Below, piece after piece: positions 1 to 9,838 of a stretch of DNA of 64,000 bases. Numbering within the stretch: the stretch's first letter is position 1; the number at the start of each line of letters is the position of its first letter. A program made the position numbers and the translations under genes. This DNA comes from Clostridia bacterium. Its GTDB lineage: Bacteria > Bacillota > Clostridia > Oscillospirales > Acutalibacteraceae. Under the pieces are notes generated by a model that saw only the letters and a program-made list of their open reading frames with translations, was not told the DNA's origin and did not search any database. The stretch spans positions 25,197 through 89,196 of the forward strand of contig JAFXGK010000014.1 in assembly GCA_017513245.1 (NCBI GenBank), in the 5' to 3' direction.

Positions 1-1320
1 CCCGACGGTACCGTCCTCTGTGAGGGCGCCGTAAAGAGGGGAGTAAGCGAAAAAGACGCCGAAAAAATCTTCGATGAAATGAGCGCCTTCAGCTCCTACG
101 CGTTCAATAAATCTCACGCGGCCGCCTATGCCGTCGTTGCATACCGCACCGCATATTTAAAGTGTCACTATCCCGCAATTTATATGGCCGCGCTTATGAC
201 CAGCGTGCTCGATTCGGCGGGCAAAATATACGAATACACCTGCGAATGTCAGCGCCTTGGTCTTAAAATTCTGCCCCCTAACGTTAACAGCAGTCAAAGC
301 GATTTCAGCGTCTGCCCCGAGGGCATTCGCTTCGGCCTTTTGGCCATTAAAAACCTCGGCCACGGCCTTATCGACCGCCTGATAACCGAACGTGAGCAAA
401 ACGGTCCCTTTACCTCTATGTACGATTTTTGTCTGCGCAGTGACGGCCGCGATATGAACCGCCGTGCACTCGAGGGACTCATAAAAAGCGGCGCGCTTGA
501 CGGACTTGAGCAAAACCGCCGTCAAATGCTGCAAAACATTGACGCAGTGCTGGCGGCCGTTGCCGACCACAAGCGTTACACCGGCGGCGGTCAACTCGAC
601 CTTTTTGGTGACGGACAAGCCTCAGGAGGCGAATTCCGTATGGCTCCGTGCGAGGAACTTTCTGCCACCGAGTTGCTTAAAATGGAAAAAGAGGTCACGG
701 GACTTTATCTCTCGGGCCACCCCATGAAAAACTACGAAAATTACGTAAACGCTTTATCGCTCAGCCGTATAAACTCGCTCACCCCCGAAACCGTGTCGGA
801 CGGACAAAAGGTGTCCTTAGCCGCCATCGTTTCCTCCAAAAAGGAAAAGACCACCAAGTCCAACAGCCAGCTTTGCAATATGGTGCTCGAGGATATGACG
901 GGCACCGTAAACGCCGTCGCTTTCGGCAAGGTTTACTCCTTCTATAAGCCCACGATTACCGAGGGCAAGGTCTATAGAATAACCGCAACCGTCTCCGAGC
1001 GTGAAGATCGCCCCATTGAACTGATCATAGAAAAAATGGAAGCCATCACAGAGGCGCATATTGCTTCCGTCCCCGAGAGAAAAGAGCGTAAGCTTTACAT
1101 TCGTGTCAATAATATAAATGACCCGATTCTCATAAAGGTAAAGTCAGTTCTCTCGAGCGCTTCCAAAAACGGTGCGCTTTGCAAAACCTTTATCTTTACT
1201 GAAAACGACCGCAAAAACCTACTGGCGCCTAAAGAACTTTGGGTTGCCGAAACGGCGGTAAATAAGACTATTGAGCAGTTAAAACCGTTTGTTGGCGAGG
1301 ATAATATAAAGTTTGTGTAG
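1..1320 (+). CDS. dnaE: DNA polymerase III alpha subunit, C-terminal part (5' end lies outside the window)
   Basis: The frame is open from base 1. The FNKSHAAAYAVVAYRTAYLKCHYP motif is typical of DnaE-type Pol III alpha, and an OB-fold-like tail follows. Stop at 1318-1320. Confidence 0.85.
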   Translation, partial: PDGTVLCEGAVKRGVSEKDAEKIFDEMSAFSSYAFNKSHAAAYAVVAYRTAYLKCHYPAIYMAALMTSVLDSAGKIYEYTCECQRLGLKILPPNVNSSQSDFSVCPEGIRFGLLAIKNLGHGLIDRLITEREQNGPFTSMYDFCLRSDGRDMNRRALEGLIKSGALDGLEQNRRQMLQNIDAVLAAVADHKRYTGGGQLDLFGDGQASGGEFRMAPCEELSATELLKMEKEVTGLYLSGHPMKNYENYVNALSLSRINSLTPETVSDGQKVSLAAIVSSKKEKTTKSNSQLCNMVLEDMTGTVNAVAFGKVYSFYKPTITEGKVYRITATVSEREDRPIELIIEKMEAITEAHIASVPERKERKLYIRVNNINDPILIKVKSVLSSASKNGALCKTFIFTENDRKNLLAPKELWVAETAVNKTIEQLKPFVGEDNIKFV

Positions 1321-1393
1321 CGTGTACTTTTTGCCAAAGAACAAAAATGTCCTCAAAAGTCAAAAAAAGATAGTAATATCTTGCAAAAAAACA

Positions 1394-1422
1394 TTGAAAA
1401 AAACCGTAAAACGATATATAAT
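1394..1422 (+). promoter_or_regulatory. sigma-A type promoter for pfkA (TTGAAA-17 nt-TATAAT)
   Basis: TTGAAA at 1394-1399, a 17-nt spacer, and TATAAT at 1417-1422, about 35 nt upstream of the pfkA start. Confidence 0.5.
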
Positions 1423-1455
1423 ATCGTTTGATATTGTTTTGGAGTTGAACTAATT

Positions 1456-2424
1456 ATGAAATTAAACACAATCGGCGTTTTGACAAGCGGCGGCGACGCA
1501 CCCGGAATGAACGCAGCCGTTCGTTCGGTAGTCAGAACTGCTCTTTACAGAGGAATGAAGGTCAAGGGTATCTTAGACGGATACGAGGGCCTTTTTAATA
1601 AAAACGTAATCGATATGGGCGACCGCAGTGTTTCGGATATTATCCAGCGCGGCGGTACAATCCTCGGCACTGCCAGAAGCGAAAAGTTTAAAACAGCAGA
1701 AGGCGTTAAGGAAGCAGCTGCTGCCTGTCGCGAACTCGGCATTGAGGGTATTGTTGTAATCGGCGGCGACGGTTCATTCCGCGGCGCACGCGACCTTTCT
1801 CTCGAGGGCATTCCCTGCATTGGCATTCCTGCCACCATCGATAACGATATTTCTTCCACCGAATACACCATCGGTTTCGATACCGCTATGAATACCGCTT
1901 GTGAGATGACCGATAAACTCCGTGATACCGTTCAGTCGCACTGCCGTTGCTCGATAGTTGAGGTTATGGGTCGTCACGCAGGCTACCTCGCATACGAGGT
2001 TGGTACCGCAGTAGGTGCTACCGCAATCCTCGTTCCTGAAGCTAAGTATGACCTCAAGGCTGATGTTATCGACCGTATCCTTGCAGCCAAGGCAACGGGC
2101 AAGAAGCACTTCATCATCGTTGTTGCAGAAAACCTCTGTGACGTTGATGCTATGGCAAAGGAAATCGAGGCAGCTACCGGCGTTGGTACACGTCCTACCG
2201 TTTTGGGTCACGTTCAGCGCGGCGGTAACCCCACGGTTCGTGACCGTGTTATGGCTACCAAGATGGGCTTCTACGCTGTTGAACTCTTAAAAGAGGGTAT
2301 TGGTAATCGCGTTATTGCCTATAAGCAGGGCGAAATCGTTAACTACGATATCTACGAAGCTCTCAATATGAAGAAAAATCTCAATGCAGACGATCTTCAC
2401 ATTGCACACAGAGTTTCCCGATAG
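1456..2424 (+). CDS. pfkA: ATP-dependent 6-phosphofructokinase
   Basis: N-terminal IGVLTSGGDAPGMNAAVR and GGDGS motifs; 322 aa; RBS GGAG upstream. Confidence 0.95.
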   Translation: MKLNTIGVLTSGGDAPGMNAAVRSVVRTALYRGMKVKGILDGYEGLFNKNVIDMGDRSVSDIIQRGGTILGTARSEKFKTAEGVKEAAAACRELGIEGIVVIGGDGSFRGARDLSLEGIPCIGIPATIDNDISSTEYTIGFDTAMNTACEMTDKLRDTVQSHCRCSIVEVMGRHAGYLAYEVGTAVGATAILVPEAKYDLKADVIDRILAAKATGKKHFIIVVAENLCDVDAMAKEIEAATGVGTRPTVLGHVQRGGNPTVRDRVMATKMGFYAVELLKEGIGNRVIAYKQGEIVNYDIYEALNMKKNLNADDLHIAHRVSR

Positions 2425-2440
2425 TTTAAAAAAACAAAAA

Positions 2441-2461
2441 GCAGCAGGTTTAACCTGCTGC
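2441..2461. terminator. bidirectional intrinsic terminator between the convergent pfkA and the 814-aa gene
   Basis: gcagcagg-ttta-acctgctgc hairpin with an A-run upstream and a T-run downstream. Confidence 0.7.
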
Positions 2462-2469
2462 TTTTTTTG

Positions 2470-4914
2470 TTACATTTTCTCGGATATAAGCAGTGTTCCC
2501 GTGATGCCCGTAAGCTTATAAACCTTGCCGAAGGGCGAGTCAACAAGCTCATAGGTAAAGGGTGTCTGCGATACAAAATGCGGATAGTTAGAATTGAGTA
2601 AGAAGGTTGTTTTCTCAGGGGTCGAGAAGGGAATTACGTAAACCGTAGCGTCCACAAGTCCTTCAACCACCATTCTGCGCTTAATTTTGTATGCAGTTGC
2701 GATATGGTCTTTAGCGTGCATTACGGTTTTGGCACCGTTTTCAACGAACACACGGCATTCGTGGCGCCAAGCCCTCTGCAAATTATACTTTGCGTACTTG
2801 CCGTCAACAATGCATTCGTTAGCCAGCATCAGAGGTGCGCCGAGCGGAGTGCTGAGTGTTACGCCAACGGTGGTGTCGGCACAAAAACCGTTAAACCAAA
2901 CGGCGCCGTTAGAGCGATGCATAAGAATTACCGGTTCGGGAGAGTAGCGGTTAAACTTTTCAAATCGGAAGTCAAAGCCGGTATACGCTGCAGCCTTACG
3001 CATAAGCGTTTCGGCAGGGAAGGAGTCGTAGTGAACGGTGTCATCCTTCTTGGCGGCATCATCATCAGCCACCGGCTTGCGCGAGCAGTCGCAACCGCGG
3101 CACCAAATAGCCATACCGTCACCGGCGGGTGTGACGAGTGAGAGAATTCTGGTATCACCGTCTTTTTCGGCTGTAGCAAGCACGGTAGATTCGGTGTTGC
3201 CGTCTTTAAGGGTTGCAAAAAGTCCGCCATCGGTAAAGATACCGCCGTAATTTATGTTGGTGCAAATGGTATCCTCAAGCAGTTCTTTTTCGATACCGGT
3301 ATTATCGCATACCTCAAATTCACCGCAAAGTTCGGAGCTTTTTTCGAGCCCTAAAACGTCGATAATTCTCTTATCGGCGCCCAAAAGCGAGCCGTAGAAC
3401 ATAACCTTGCCGCCGTTTTTAATAAATTCGCAAAGCGCGTCACAAACCTCTGCGCCCTCGTGAGGCATCGGGGTTACTAAAATTCTGCCTGCGAAGGTTT
3501 CGGGCTTTGTTTTGGCTAATTTTCTGAAGTTATCGGTCGAAACAACACTGTTTACGGGCAGACCGTGGTTAAGCGCGGCAATAAAGTACCAATCTTCAAA
3601 GAAACTCTTTTCAAGACGTCCGCTTGCGATGCTGTTGTATTCCGAGAAGGGATAAACCCAAACAAACGGTGCCGCATCGTCGGGAGCGTTAACGTAGGAA
3701 CTGAGCATATAAGGAATAATCTCGTTGGGACAGCGGTCGGGCATATCGCCGTAACTGTCGTCAATGGATAAGAAGTTAATATGATTGGCAACTACGGTAT
3801 CGCCGTCTTTGTTGATTCGCGAGGTGGCGGTAGGCAGATAAATATCGTGGGGCTGACCTTCGTAGCGGTCAATCCAAGGGCTGTTTACCCACCAAATATC
3901 GTGAACGTAGAAACGGAAGAGGAAGTCCTCGTCCGGCAGCTCGGCCGCACGTGACATATATCCTGCAAGTTCAAGACCAAAGTTGCCGTCAAGCGCTGCC
4001 CAAGGCGAGTTGGGAGGCGGCAAAAGTTCGGGATTAAGATCGTATATTAAGCCGTGGTCAACGCCGTCGGAGGCGAAGTCAGCGCCAACTGTAAGGTTTG
4101 TGCCGCGTGTCTGAACAGGGTAGTGGCACTCTTTATAAAACAACTTCCAGAAGTCGGCTATCTTTTCACGGCAATCGTCAAGCTTCTCCTTGTAAAAAGC
4201 CTTGCCGTCAAACAAAGCGCCCGAAACGCCCCAGGTTTCGGTACCAAAGCCAAAGCCGTTCGAAAGCCAGATGAAATCAAATCCCATATCGGAAAGGAAG
4301 ATTTCCGATTGCTTGCCGAGGAAGGTGCCGAAGGGAGTACCGTCGGGAATACCGTTCGGATATGCGGCGTAAGCAACGTCGTCGCCGTTAAGCACACCGT
4401 AGCAGCAAACCATACTCTTTGCGCCCATCGAGCCGCCTTCGCAAATTTCGTTGTGACGATTGTATTTAAAGTCCGAAACCGCAAACTCGGGGCCGGGGTC
4501 AAAGGTGGTGCCGACGAAAACGGGCTTACCCGTAATGCGTGCGCCAACCTCCTTGATTATAGAAACAATATTCTTAAGATCGCGGTATGTATATTCGGGT
4601 GCGTTGTCCATATAAGGGTAGTTACGGGTGTGAAGGCCGAGTCCTTCAGGGTCGTTGGCACGGTCCCAGTTCATCTTAACGTTGGCTCCGCCCAGATAAT
4701 GCGCCCACTCGAAAACGTCGTCTAAGTTTCCACGGTAATCCAGCAGTTCGCTGCCGTCACCGGTCCACATCATAACGCCGACTTCTTCGGCCGCATCGAG
4801 TATATTCTTCCACTGTAAAAAGGCCTTTTCACAAACCTTTTCTATAACAGAAACGTCGGTGCTTTTAAAAGGCTTTAAGCTAACCTCCAGCGTAACGCGT
4901 TTTATGTTTTTCAT
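2470..4914 (-). CDS. uncharacterised 814-aa cytoplasmic protein, possibly glycoside hydrolase/phosphorylase-like
   Basis: Long ORF with a GGAGTGA RBS and no signal peptide. Composition is rich in aromatic and acidic residues (FDFIWLSNGFGFGTETWG, HDIWWVNSPW), as in sugar-active TIM barrels. The mid-region ILVTPMPHEG...NGGKVMFYGS resembles the flavodoxin-like module of GH42/GH112 enzymes. No family could be assigned by eye. Confidence 0.6.
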   Translation of the reverse strand: MKNIKRVTLEVSLKPFKSTDVSVIEKVCEKAFLQWKNILDAAEEVGVMMWTGDGSELLDYRGNLDDVFEWAHYLGGANVKMNWDRANDPEGLGLHTRNYPYMDNAPEYTYRDLKNIVSIIKEVGARITGKPVFVGTTFDPGPEFAVSDFKYNRHNEICEGGSMGAKSMVCCYGVLNGDDVAYAAYPNGIPDGTPFGTFLGKQSEIFLSDMGFDFIWLSNGFGFGTETWGVSGALFDGKAFYKEKLDDCREKIADFWKLFYKECHYPVQTRGTNLTVGADFASDGVDHGLIYDLNPELLPPPNSPWAALDGNFGLELAGYMSRAAELPDEDFLFRFYVHDIWWVNSPWIDRYEGQPHDIYLPTATSRINKDGDTVVANHINFLSIDDSYGDMPDRCPNEIIPYMLSSYVNAPDDAAPFVWVYPFSEYNSIASGRLEKSFFEDWYFIAALNHGLPVNSVVSTDNFRKLAKTKPETFAGRILVTPMPHEGAEVCDALCEFIKNGGKVMFYGSLLGADKRIIDVLGLEKSSELCGEFEVCDNTGIEKELLEDTICTNINYGGIFTDGGLFATLKDGNTESTVLATAEKDGDTRILSLVTPAGDGMAIWCRGCDCSRKPVADDDAAKKDDTVHYDSFPAETLMRKAAAYTGFDFRFEKFNRYSPEPVILMHRSNGAVWFNGFCADTTVGVTLSTPLGAPLMLANECIVDGKYAKYNLQRAWRHECRVFVENGAKTVMHAKDHIATAYKIKRRMVVEGLVDATVYVIPFSTPEKTTFLLNSNYPHFVSQTPFTYELVDSPFGKVYKLTGITGTLLISEKM

Positions 4915-5012
4915 AAATCAATCACTCCGAAATATAGATTTATATTATGATTATAAATAAATAAAAAGTTTTATGGGATATCGAAACACAAACAAAAACT
5001 ATCTAAAATAAA

Positions 5013-5040
5013 GATACGAGCCGTGTTTGCGGCTCGTATC
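5013..5040 (-). terminator. intrinsic terminator ending the GRE operon
   Basis: gatacgagcc/ggctcgtatc 10-bp stem, followed on the minus strand by TTTATTTT, just downstream of the stop at 5048. Confidence 0.6.
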
Positions 5041-5047
5041 GTTTTAT

Positions 5048-6106
5048 TTATTCTTTAGCAGGTAAGCATTCTACCAATTCAACCTGCGTTGCAGATTTAA
5101 CCGTGAATTTACCGTTAATGCTGTAGGGTGCGAAGAAGTAATCGCCCTTCTTAACGGGGGTGGCTTCCTCGCCGCAAACTATTTCGCCTTCGCCTTCGGT
5201 AACGATATAGATTGCAGGAGCAACCAAATCATCGGTGGCCGAAGCGCAAACGCTTACGCGGTTAACGGCAAAGCAGGGGGTGTCGTCATACGAGATAAGG
5301 GCCTCGCGTTTAACGCCGTCACGCTCGTAAATTACGCGGGGTTCCTTCTTGGCACGGCGAACAGCCTCTTCTCCGAATATATCAAAATTAAATACATCCA
5401 AAGCGATATCCTCGGGCAGACCTAAATACATGGTATGCTCCGAAATACGGTTGCCTGCGCACCAAGCTTCGGGCTGAATGGTAAAGTCGGAAGGCTCCTG
5501 CGTCTCAAGGATAAGGCAGCCTGCGCCGATAGCGTGTACCATCTTGGCAGGAACGAGGTAGATATCACCCTTCTTAACGGGAACACGGTTAAGAAGCGGT
5601 TGCATATAGTCGGGCTCGTCGTAACTCTTGGCTACGGCCTCGCGGAACTCCTCCTTGGTCATCTTGTCCTTAAAACCGAAGTAAAGGCAAGCGTCCTCGC
5701 GGGTGTCAACAACGATCCAGGATTCAGCCTTACCGTAGCTGGAGTTTAAATACTTTTCGGAATAAGCGCGGTCGGGATGAGCCTGAATCGGCAGACGAAT
5801 GGCGCTGTCGAGCAGCTTTACGAGAACGGGGAAGTCGGGACGGGGACCGATCATATCCTCCTTGTAGTCCTTTAAAAGATCGGAAAAAAGGATATTGGTG
5901 CCGCGAACGGTCGAGATACCTTCGTTTTCAATGTCGCTGCCTTCATTTAAAGCCTCAACGGCCGAGCAAACCCACTCTTCGGGGAGAAAACCGTCCACCG
6001 GCTCGTCACCGAAGAAGCCTGCAAAAAGCTTACCGCCGGTGTAAATACGGCCAACTCGGTTACGGTTTAAGAAAACAGGCTTTTTGGTAATTTCACTTAT
6101 ATTCAT
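5048..6106 (-). CDS. class I mannose-6-phosphate isomerase-like cupin (sugar-phosphate isomerase)
   Basis: QAHPDRAYSEKY and VHAIGAG motifs as in type I PMI. I chose the ATG at 6106 (AGGTGA RBS 5 nt upstream) over the GTG at 6115. It lies 1 nt after the kinase stop. Confidence 0.7.
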   Translation of the reverse strand: MNISEITKKPVFLNRNRVGRIYTGGKLFAGFFGDEPVDGFLPEEWVCSAVEALNEGSDIENEGISTVRGTNILFSDLLKDYKEDMIGPRPDFPVLVKLLDSAIRLPIQAHPDRAYSEKYLNSSYGKAESWIVVDTREDACLYFGFKDKMTKEEFREAVAKSYDEPDYMQPLLNRVPVKKGDIYLVPAKMVHAIGAGCLILETQEPSDFTIQPEAWCAGNRISEHTMYLGLPEDIALDVFNFDIFGEEAVRRAKKEPRVIYERDGVKREALISYDDTPCFAVNRVSVCASATDDLVAPAIYIVTEGEGEIVCGEEATPVKKGDYFFAPYSINGKFTVKSATQVELVECLPAKE

Positions 6107-6107
6107 A

Positions 6108-7469
6108 TTATTCACCTATGTATCTGATAATTTTTTGAGCTTCCTTTATGCTCTCGCATACACCGCAGGCTGCAAGTGCGAAAACTGCGGCGCCGTAGGC
6201 AGCCTCTTCTTTGTGGGCGGGTACCGACATGGAAAGTCCGAACATCTCTTCACACATTTTGCGCCAAACGGGGCTCTTGCGAAGACCGTTACCCGAACCA
6301 ACAAGTTTGGTGGGCTTGGTGCTAAGCGTATCGGCAACCTCTAAGTACATATCGTAAAGTTCGCGTACCGAACCCTTAAGCACACCGCAAACGAGGTGGG
6401 CAGGGGTAAGGTTGTCTGTGCAGATGTTCTGTATGCTGCCGCGAACGTCGGGAGCCGAACGCTTGCCCGAAAATGCGGTATCAATAATAAGTTCATTGTC
6501 GAGCGGGTAGAAGCTTTCGGCAATATCATCCATAAAGCGATATGCCGATTCATCGCCGCCACCCTGCAAACGGAAGGTCTCGCGGAAAAACTTTTCAAGG
6601 CAGGCATAAACTCTGCCGCCGCAAAGAGCGCTTCCAACGAGGATATAATCGTCGCCGGTCAGGGGACGAACCTCACCGGAGGGGAATGCGGTTTCGGGTG
6701 CGCCCTTAACCGAAATCTGGCTTCCTGTGCCGATATTAACGAGAATGGTGTTTTCGCTGTCGTCAACCGAGCCGATAAAGCTTGCCTGATTGTCGCCGAT
6801 GGCAACACTTACGGGAATACCCTCAAAGTTGCCTGCCGAAGCGGTATCGGCGGTAACCTCGGGCAGCATCGAAATATCAAATCCCAGTTTTTCGCAAGCG
6901 GCGGTGTCGAAGCGGGCGTTCTTTATATCGAAAAGGCCAAAGCTTGCTGCATCCGAAGAATGCATAAGCGGAGTCTTTCTGCCGCAAAGGCGCATGGCAA
7001 TATAATCATGAATGGTACAAAAACTGCGTGCCTTAGCAGGTACAAGACCGTTTTGCAGATTATAGTAATGTGTGGCAAGGCCGTATCCGGGGGCAACCGA
7101 ATAGCCGGTAAGCTCCTTAATCTTTTCGCAATAAGTCTTACCGTCCTTTGCCTTTTCGGCAGCGCGACCGTCCTGCCAGGTGGCAAGAGAACTGCAGGCA
7201 ACACCGTTTTCATCGGTGTAAACAATTCCGTGCATCTGGCCGGTTACACCGATAGCGCAAACGTCTGCCGCCTCGGCGCGAACCTGTGCGAGAAGGTCGA
7301 AAACCTTACCCTCTATAATCTCAACCGACTGGATTTTTTCATAAGCCTTGTCGGTTTCGATAAAGCTTTCGCTGTTTACGGTAATGGCCTTTTTGCCGAT
7401 ACCCGTTTCGGCGTCAACCGCCGAAACGCATATCGTTGTTGTTCCAATATCAATTCCTAAAACGTACAT
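6108..7469 (-). CDS. FGGY-family carbohydrate kinase
   Basis: N-terminal VLGIDIGTTTIC ATPase motif, plus GVTGQMHG and VGSGNGL motifs. I chose the start at 7469 (MYVLGID), one base after the GRE stop codon. Confidence 0.85.
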   Translation of the reverse strand: MYVLGIDIGTTTICVSAVDAETGIGKKAITVNSESFIETDKAYEKIQSVEIIEGKVFDLLAQVRAEAADVCAIGVTGQMHGIVYTDENGVACSSLATWQDGRAAEKAKDGKTYCEKIKELTGYSVAPGYGLATHYYNLQNGLVPAKARSFCTIHDYIAMRLCGRKTPLMHSSDAASFGLFDIKNARFDTAACEKLGFDISMLPEVTADTASAGNFEGIPVSVAIGDNQASFIGSVDDSENTILVNIGTGSQISVKGAPETAFPSGEVRPLTGDDYILVGSALCGGRVYACLEKFFRETFRLQGGGDESAYRFMDDIAESFYPLDNELIIDTAFSGKRSAPDVRGSIQNICTDNLTPAHLVCGVLKGSVRELYDMYLEVADTLSTKPTKLVGSGNGLRKSPVWRKMCEEMFGLSMSVPAHKEEAAYGAAVFALAACGVCESIKEAQKIIRYIGE

Positions 7470-7470
7470 A

Positions 7471-9825
7471 CTAACACTCCAAGGTTGTGGATTTAAGGTC
7501 AAGACGCTTGATTATATCCTGCTGAATAGCGGGAGAAAGGTCGAGGAAGTTAACAAACGTGCCGTGAATACGCATGATGTAAACACCGCTCGGAGCGTAC
7601 TTCTTCGGATTTGCAAGCACCTTACGGAGCATTTCGGGGGTAGTAACGTTAACGTAGAGATAGAAGGGAGCAAGCTTATCGTTAAGCGGGTTGAAGAAGA
7701 ACTGACGCATAACCTTGTTCTTGAATTCGATACCTTTTTCTTCATAGGTAGCACCGGTGAAGTAGTTGGGGTCGATACCGAAGTGCGAGGCAAAGCCGCC
7801 GTTCATCTTAATGTAGGGAAGTTTGAAGGAAGAAAGAACACGGAAACCAAGACCCTGATGTGCATCGCCGAACAGCGGGTCAACGCCGTAGTTCATCATC
7901 TCTCTTGCCTTTCTGCCGTCGGGCAGAGCGCCAACCCAATAACCATAGGTGAGGTGGGTGGAGGGAGAGGAGAAGTCGGGACGGAAGGGATTGCCGAGGT
8001 AGTTCTTCTCTGCGGCTACCATATCGGCAACCTTGGAAGCAACCTCTGCAGCCTCATCGTCAACAACGGCGATGTTGTTACCGTACTTCTTGCAGCCGAG
8101 AAGATACTCGTGAAGTTCGTCATCGCCTGCAAAATCGTTTGCGAGAGCCTTGATAAGGCGCTCAGCATCTTCGGGTCTTTCTTCGAGGAGTGTGTCAACG
8201 GCGATAAAGCTGTCGGCAACAATCGAAAGACCGTGAATAAGACATCCGCTGCCGTTGTAGGGGGTACCCTGATGAACGGGGTCACGCATATCGTAGCCCG
8301 ACTGGATACCGCCCATAAGGGTGGAAAGGAAGGGAACGGGCAGGTTAGAAAGCGCACGGGAAGCACCGTTTGCCGACTTGGTCATTTCCTTAATAATAAA
8401 CTGGCAGTTAGCGTAGAAACGCTCGCGCAGATTCTTTAAGATGGTGATAGCATCGTCGCCGGTTGCGGGCAGGATGCGGTCGCCTGTGATGGTCGAAACA
8501 CCGTCGCTTAAGGTGAGCTCAAGAATCTTGCCGAGGTTGAGCCAGCTGTTGGTGGTGTTGGCGTTATCCTTACCCATGATAAGCGGCTCCTGGCAGCCTG
8601 CGATGGAGTAATCGGCAAGGTCGCACTCGGCTACGCCGGCATTGCGAAGAACCTCGAATACCGAGTCATCGTTGAAGAGTGAGGGGGTAAGACAGCCGGG
8701 GGTAAAGAAGAAACGTCCGAGCTCTTCATAGAGTTTATCGGGGGTATTCTTATGAAGCTTTACCGAAAGAATAGGCTGAGGCAGGTTCATATCGTAGTAA
8801 GCGTCGAGCAGTGCATAGGAGCAGAGGTTGGTAAGGTCGTTACCCTCTGTGTCCTTACCGCCGACGATAAGGTTCTGGCTGATTGCCCAGCTGCGGTCAG
8901 CAACGTTGTAGAAAACAAGCAGATGCTTGAAAAGAGCAGCGGCATCCTCACGCGAGAGGTTATCCATTGCGCGGTAGGGCTCGAAGATGCGGTCAGCGTT
9001 ACCAACCGAGAAAGCAAACGGGTTGGGAGCCTGCTCAAGGCACATTACCTGCCACATAAGAATGAAGGACTGAATTGCCTCGAAGAGGTTGCGAGCGCCC
9101 TCTGCAGGAACGCGTGCGAGAGCGTCAGCAAGACGGTTGAACTGCTCAGCCTTATCGCCGACTGCCTTTTCGAGAGCAATCTCTCTATAGCGGGCAGCAA
9201 AGATAATAACGGCATCGAGAGAGTCAAGCATTGCCTTATAGGCATCGATGCGCTCGGCGTCGTCGGTCTTCTGCATATTAGCCTCGATTTCACGCTTCAT
9301 CTCATTAACGCCAACTTTAAGTGCGTGGCGCATATCGGGAATAACGTGACCGGTAACCTGCTCAACGAAGAAAGCAACTTCCTTTGTATAGTTTTCGGCT
9401 GCATCGTAAACCTTGGTGAGCTCTTTTATGTAATCGGTTTCCTTATCGTGAGCCTTAACGGTATCAAGACGCTCTTGTGTTATATCCTCGTTGGGCTCAA
9501 TATCGCCGAAAACAGCGGTAGGATCGCAGTAACCCGAGAAGGTTTCAACGCGGAAAGCGGGGTTGATAAGAGCATAGCTGCGAGCAAAAGCATCGCGCTG
9601 TGTACCTGCGAAAACAGCATTGTCGCTGATGGAAATCGGAAGCTCTGCAGCTATCTTCTTAAGCAGATATGCGGTACGGCGCATCTTGGACATACCCTCG
9701 GTCTCGTGCTCGTATTTCATGCCGATTTCCTTGGAAAGGAACCAACCGTCAAGACGCATTAAACTGCGCTCTTCGCGGAATAATTCTTTTGCCATTTCGG
9801 TGGTCTTCTGGTGATTGATTGCCAT
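7471..9825 (-). CDS. glycyl radical enzyme (pyruvate formate-lyase superfamily), substrate unknown
   Basis: 784 aa. The C-terminal Gly-radical loop YIMRIHGTFVNF aligns to PFL TIRVSGYAVRF. The thiyl loop is SIAGCQEP (Cys411, Glu413). GGGAGGA RBS. Confidence 0.9.
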   Translation of the reverse strand: MAINHQKTTEMAKELFREERSLMRLDGWFLSKEIGMKYEHETEGMSKMRRTAYLLKKIAAELPISISDNAVFAGTQRDAFARSYALINPAFRVETFSGYCDPTAVFGDIEPNEDITQERLDTVKAHDKETDYIKELTKVYDAAENYTKEVAFFVEQVTGHVIPDMRHALKVGVNEMKREIEANMQKTDDAERIDAYKAMLDSLDAVIIFAARYREIALEKAVGDKAEQFNRLADALARVPAEGARNLFEAIQSFILMWQVMCLEQAPNPFAFSVGNADRIFEPYRAMDNLSREDAAALFKHLLVFYNVADRSWAISQNLIVGGKDTEGNDLTNLCSYALLDAYYDMNLPQPILSVKLHKNTPDKLYEELGRFFFTPGCLTPSLFNDDSVFEVLRNAGVAECDLADYSIAGCQEPLIMGKDNANTTNSWLNLGKILELTLSDGVSTITGDRILPATGDDAITILKNLRERFYANCQFIIKEMTKSANGASRALSNLPVPFLSTLMGGIQSGYDMRDPVHQGTPYNGSGCLIHGLSIVADSFIAVDTLLEERPEDAERLIKALANDFAGDDELHEYLLGCKKYGNNIAVVDDEAAEVASKVADMVAAEKNYLGNPFRPDFSSPSTHLTYGYWVGALPDGRKAREMMNYGVDPLFGDAHQGLGFRVLSSFKLPYIKMNGGFASHFGIDPNYFTGATYEEKGIEFKNKVMRQFFFNPLNDKLAPFYLYVNVTTPEMLRKVLANPKKYAPSGVYIMRIHGTFVNFLDLSPAIQQDIIKRLDLKSTTLEC

Positions 9826-9838
9826 AAAATTTCCTCCC

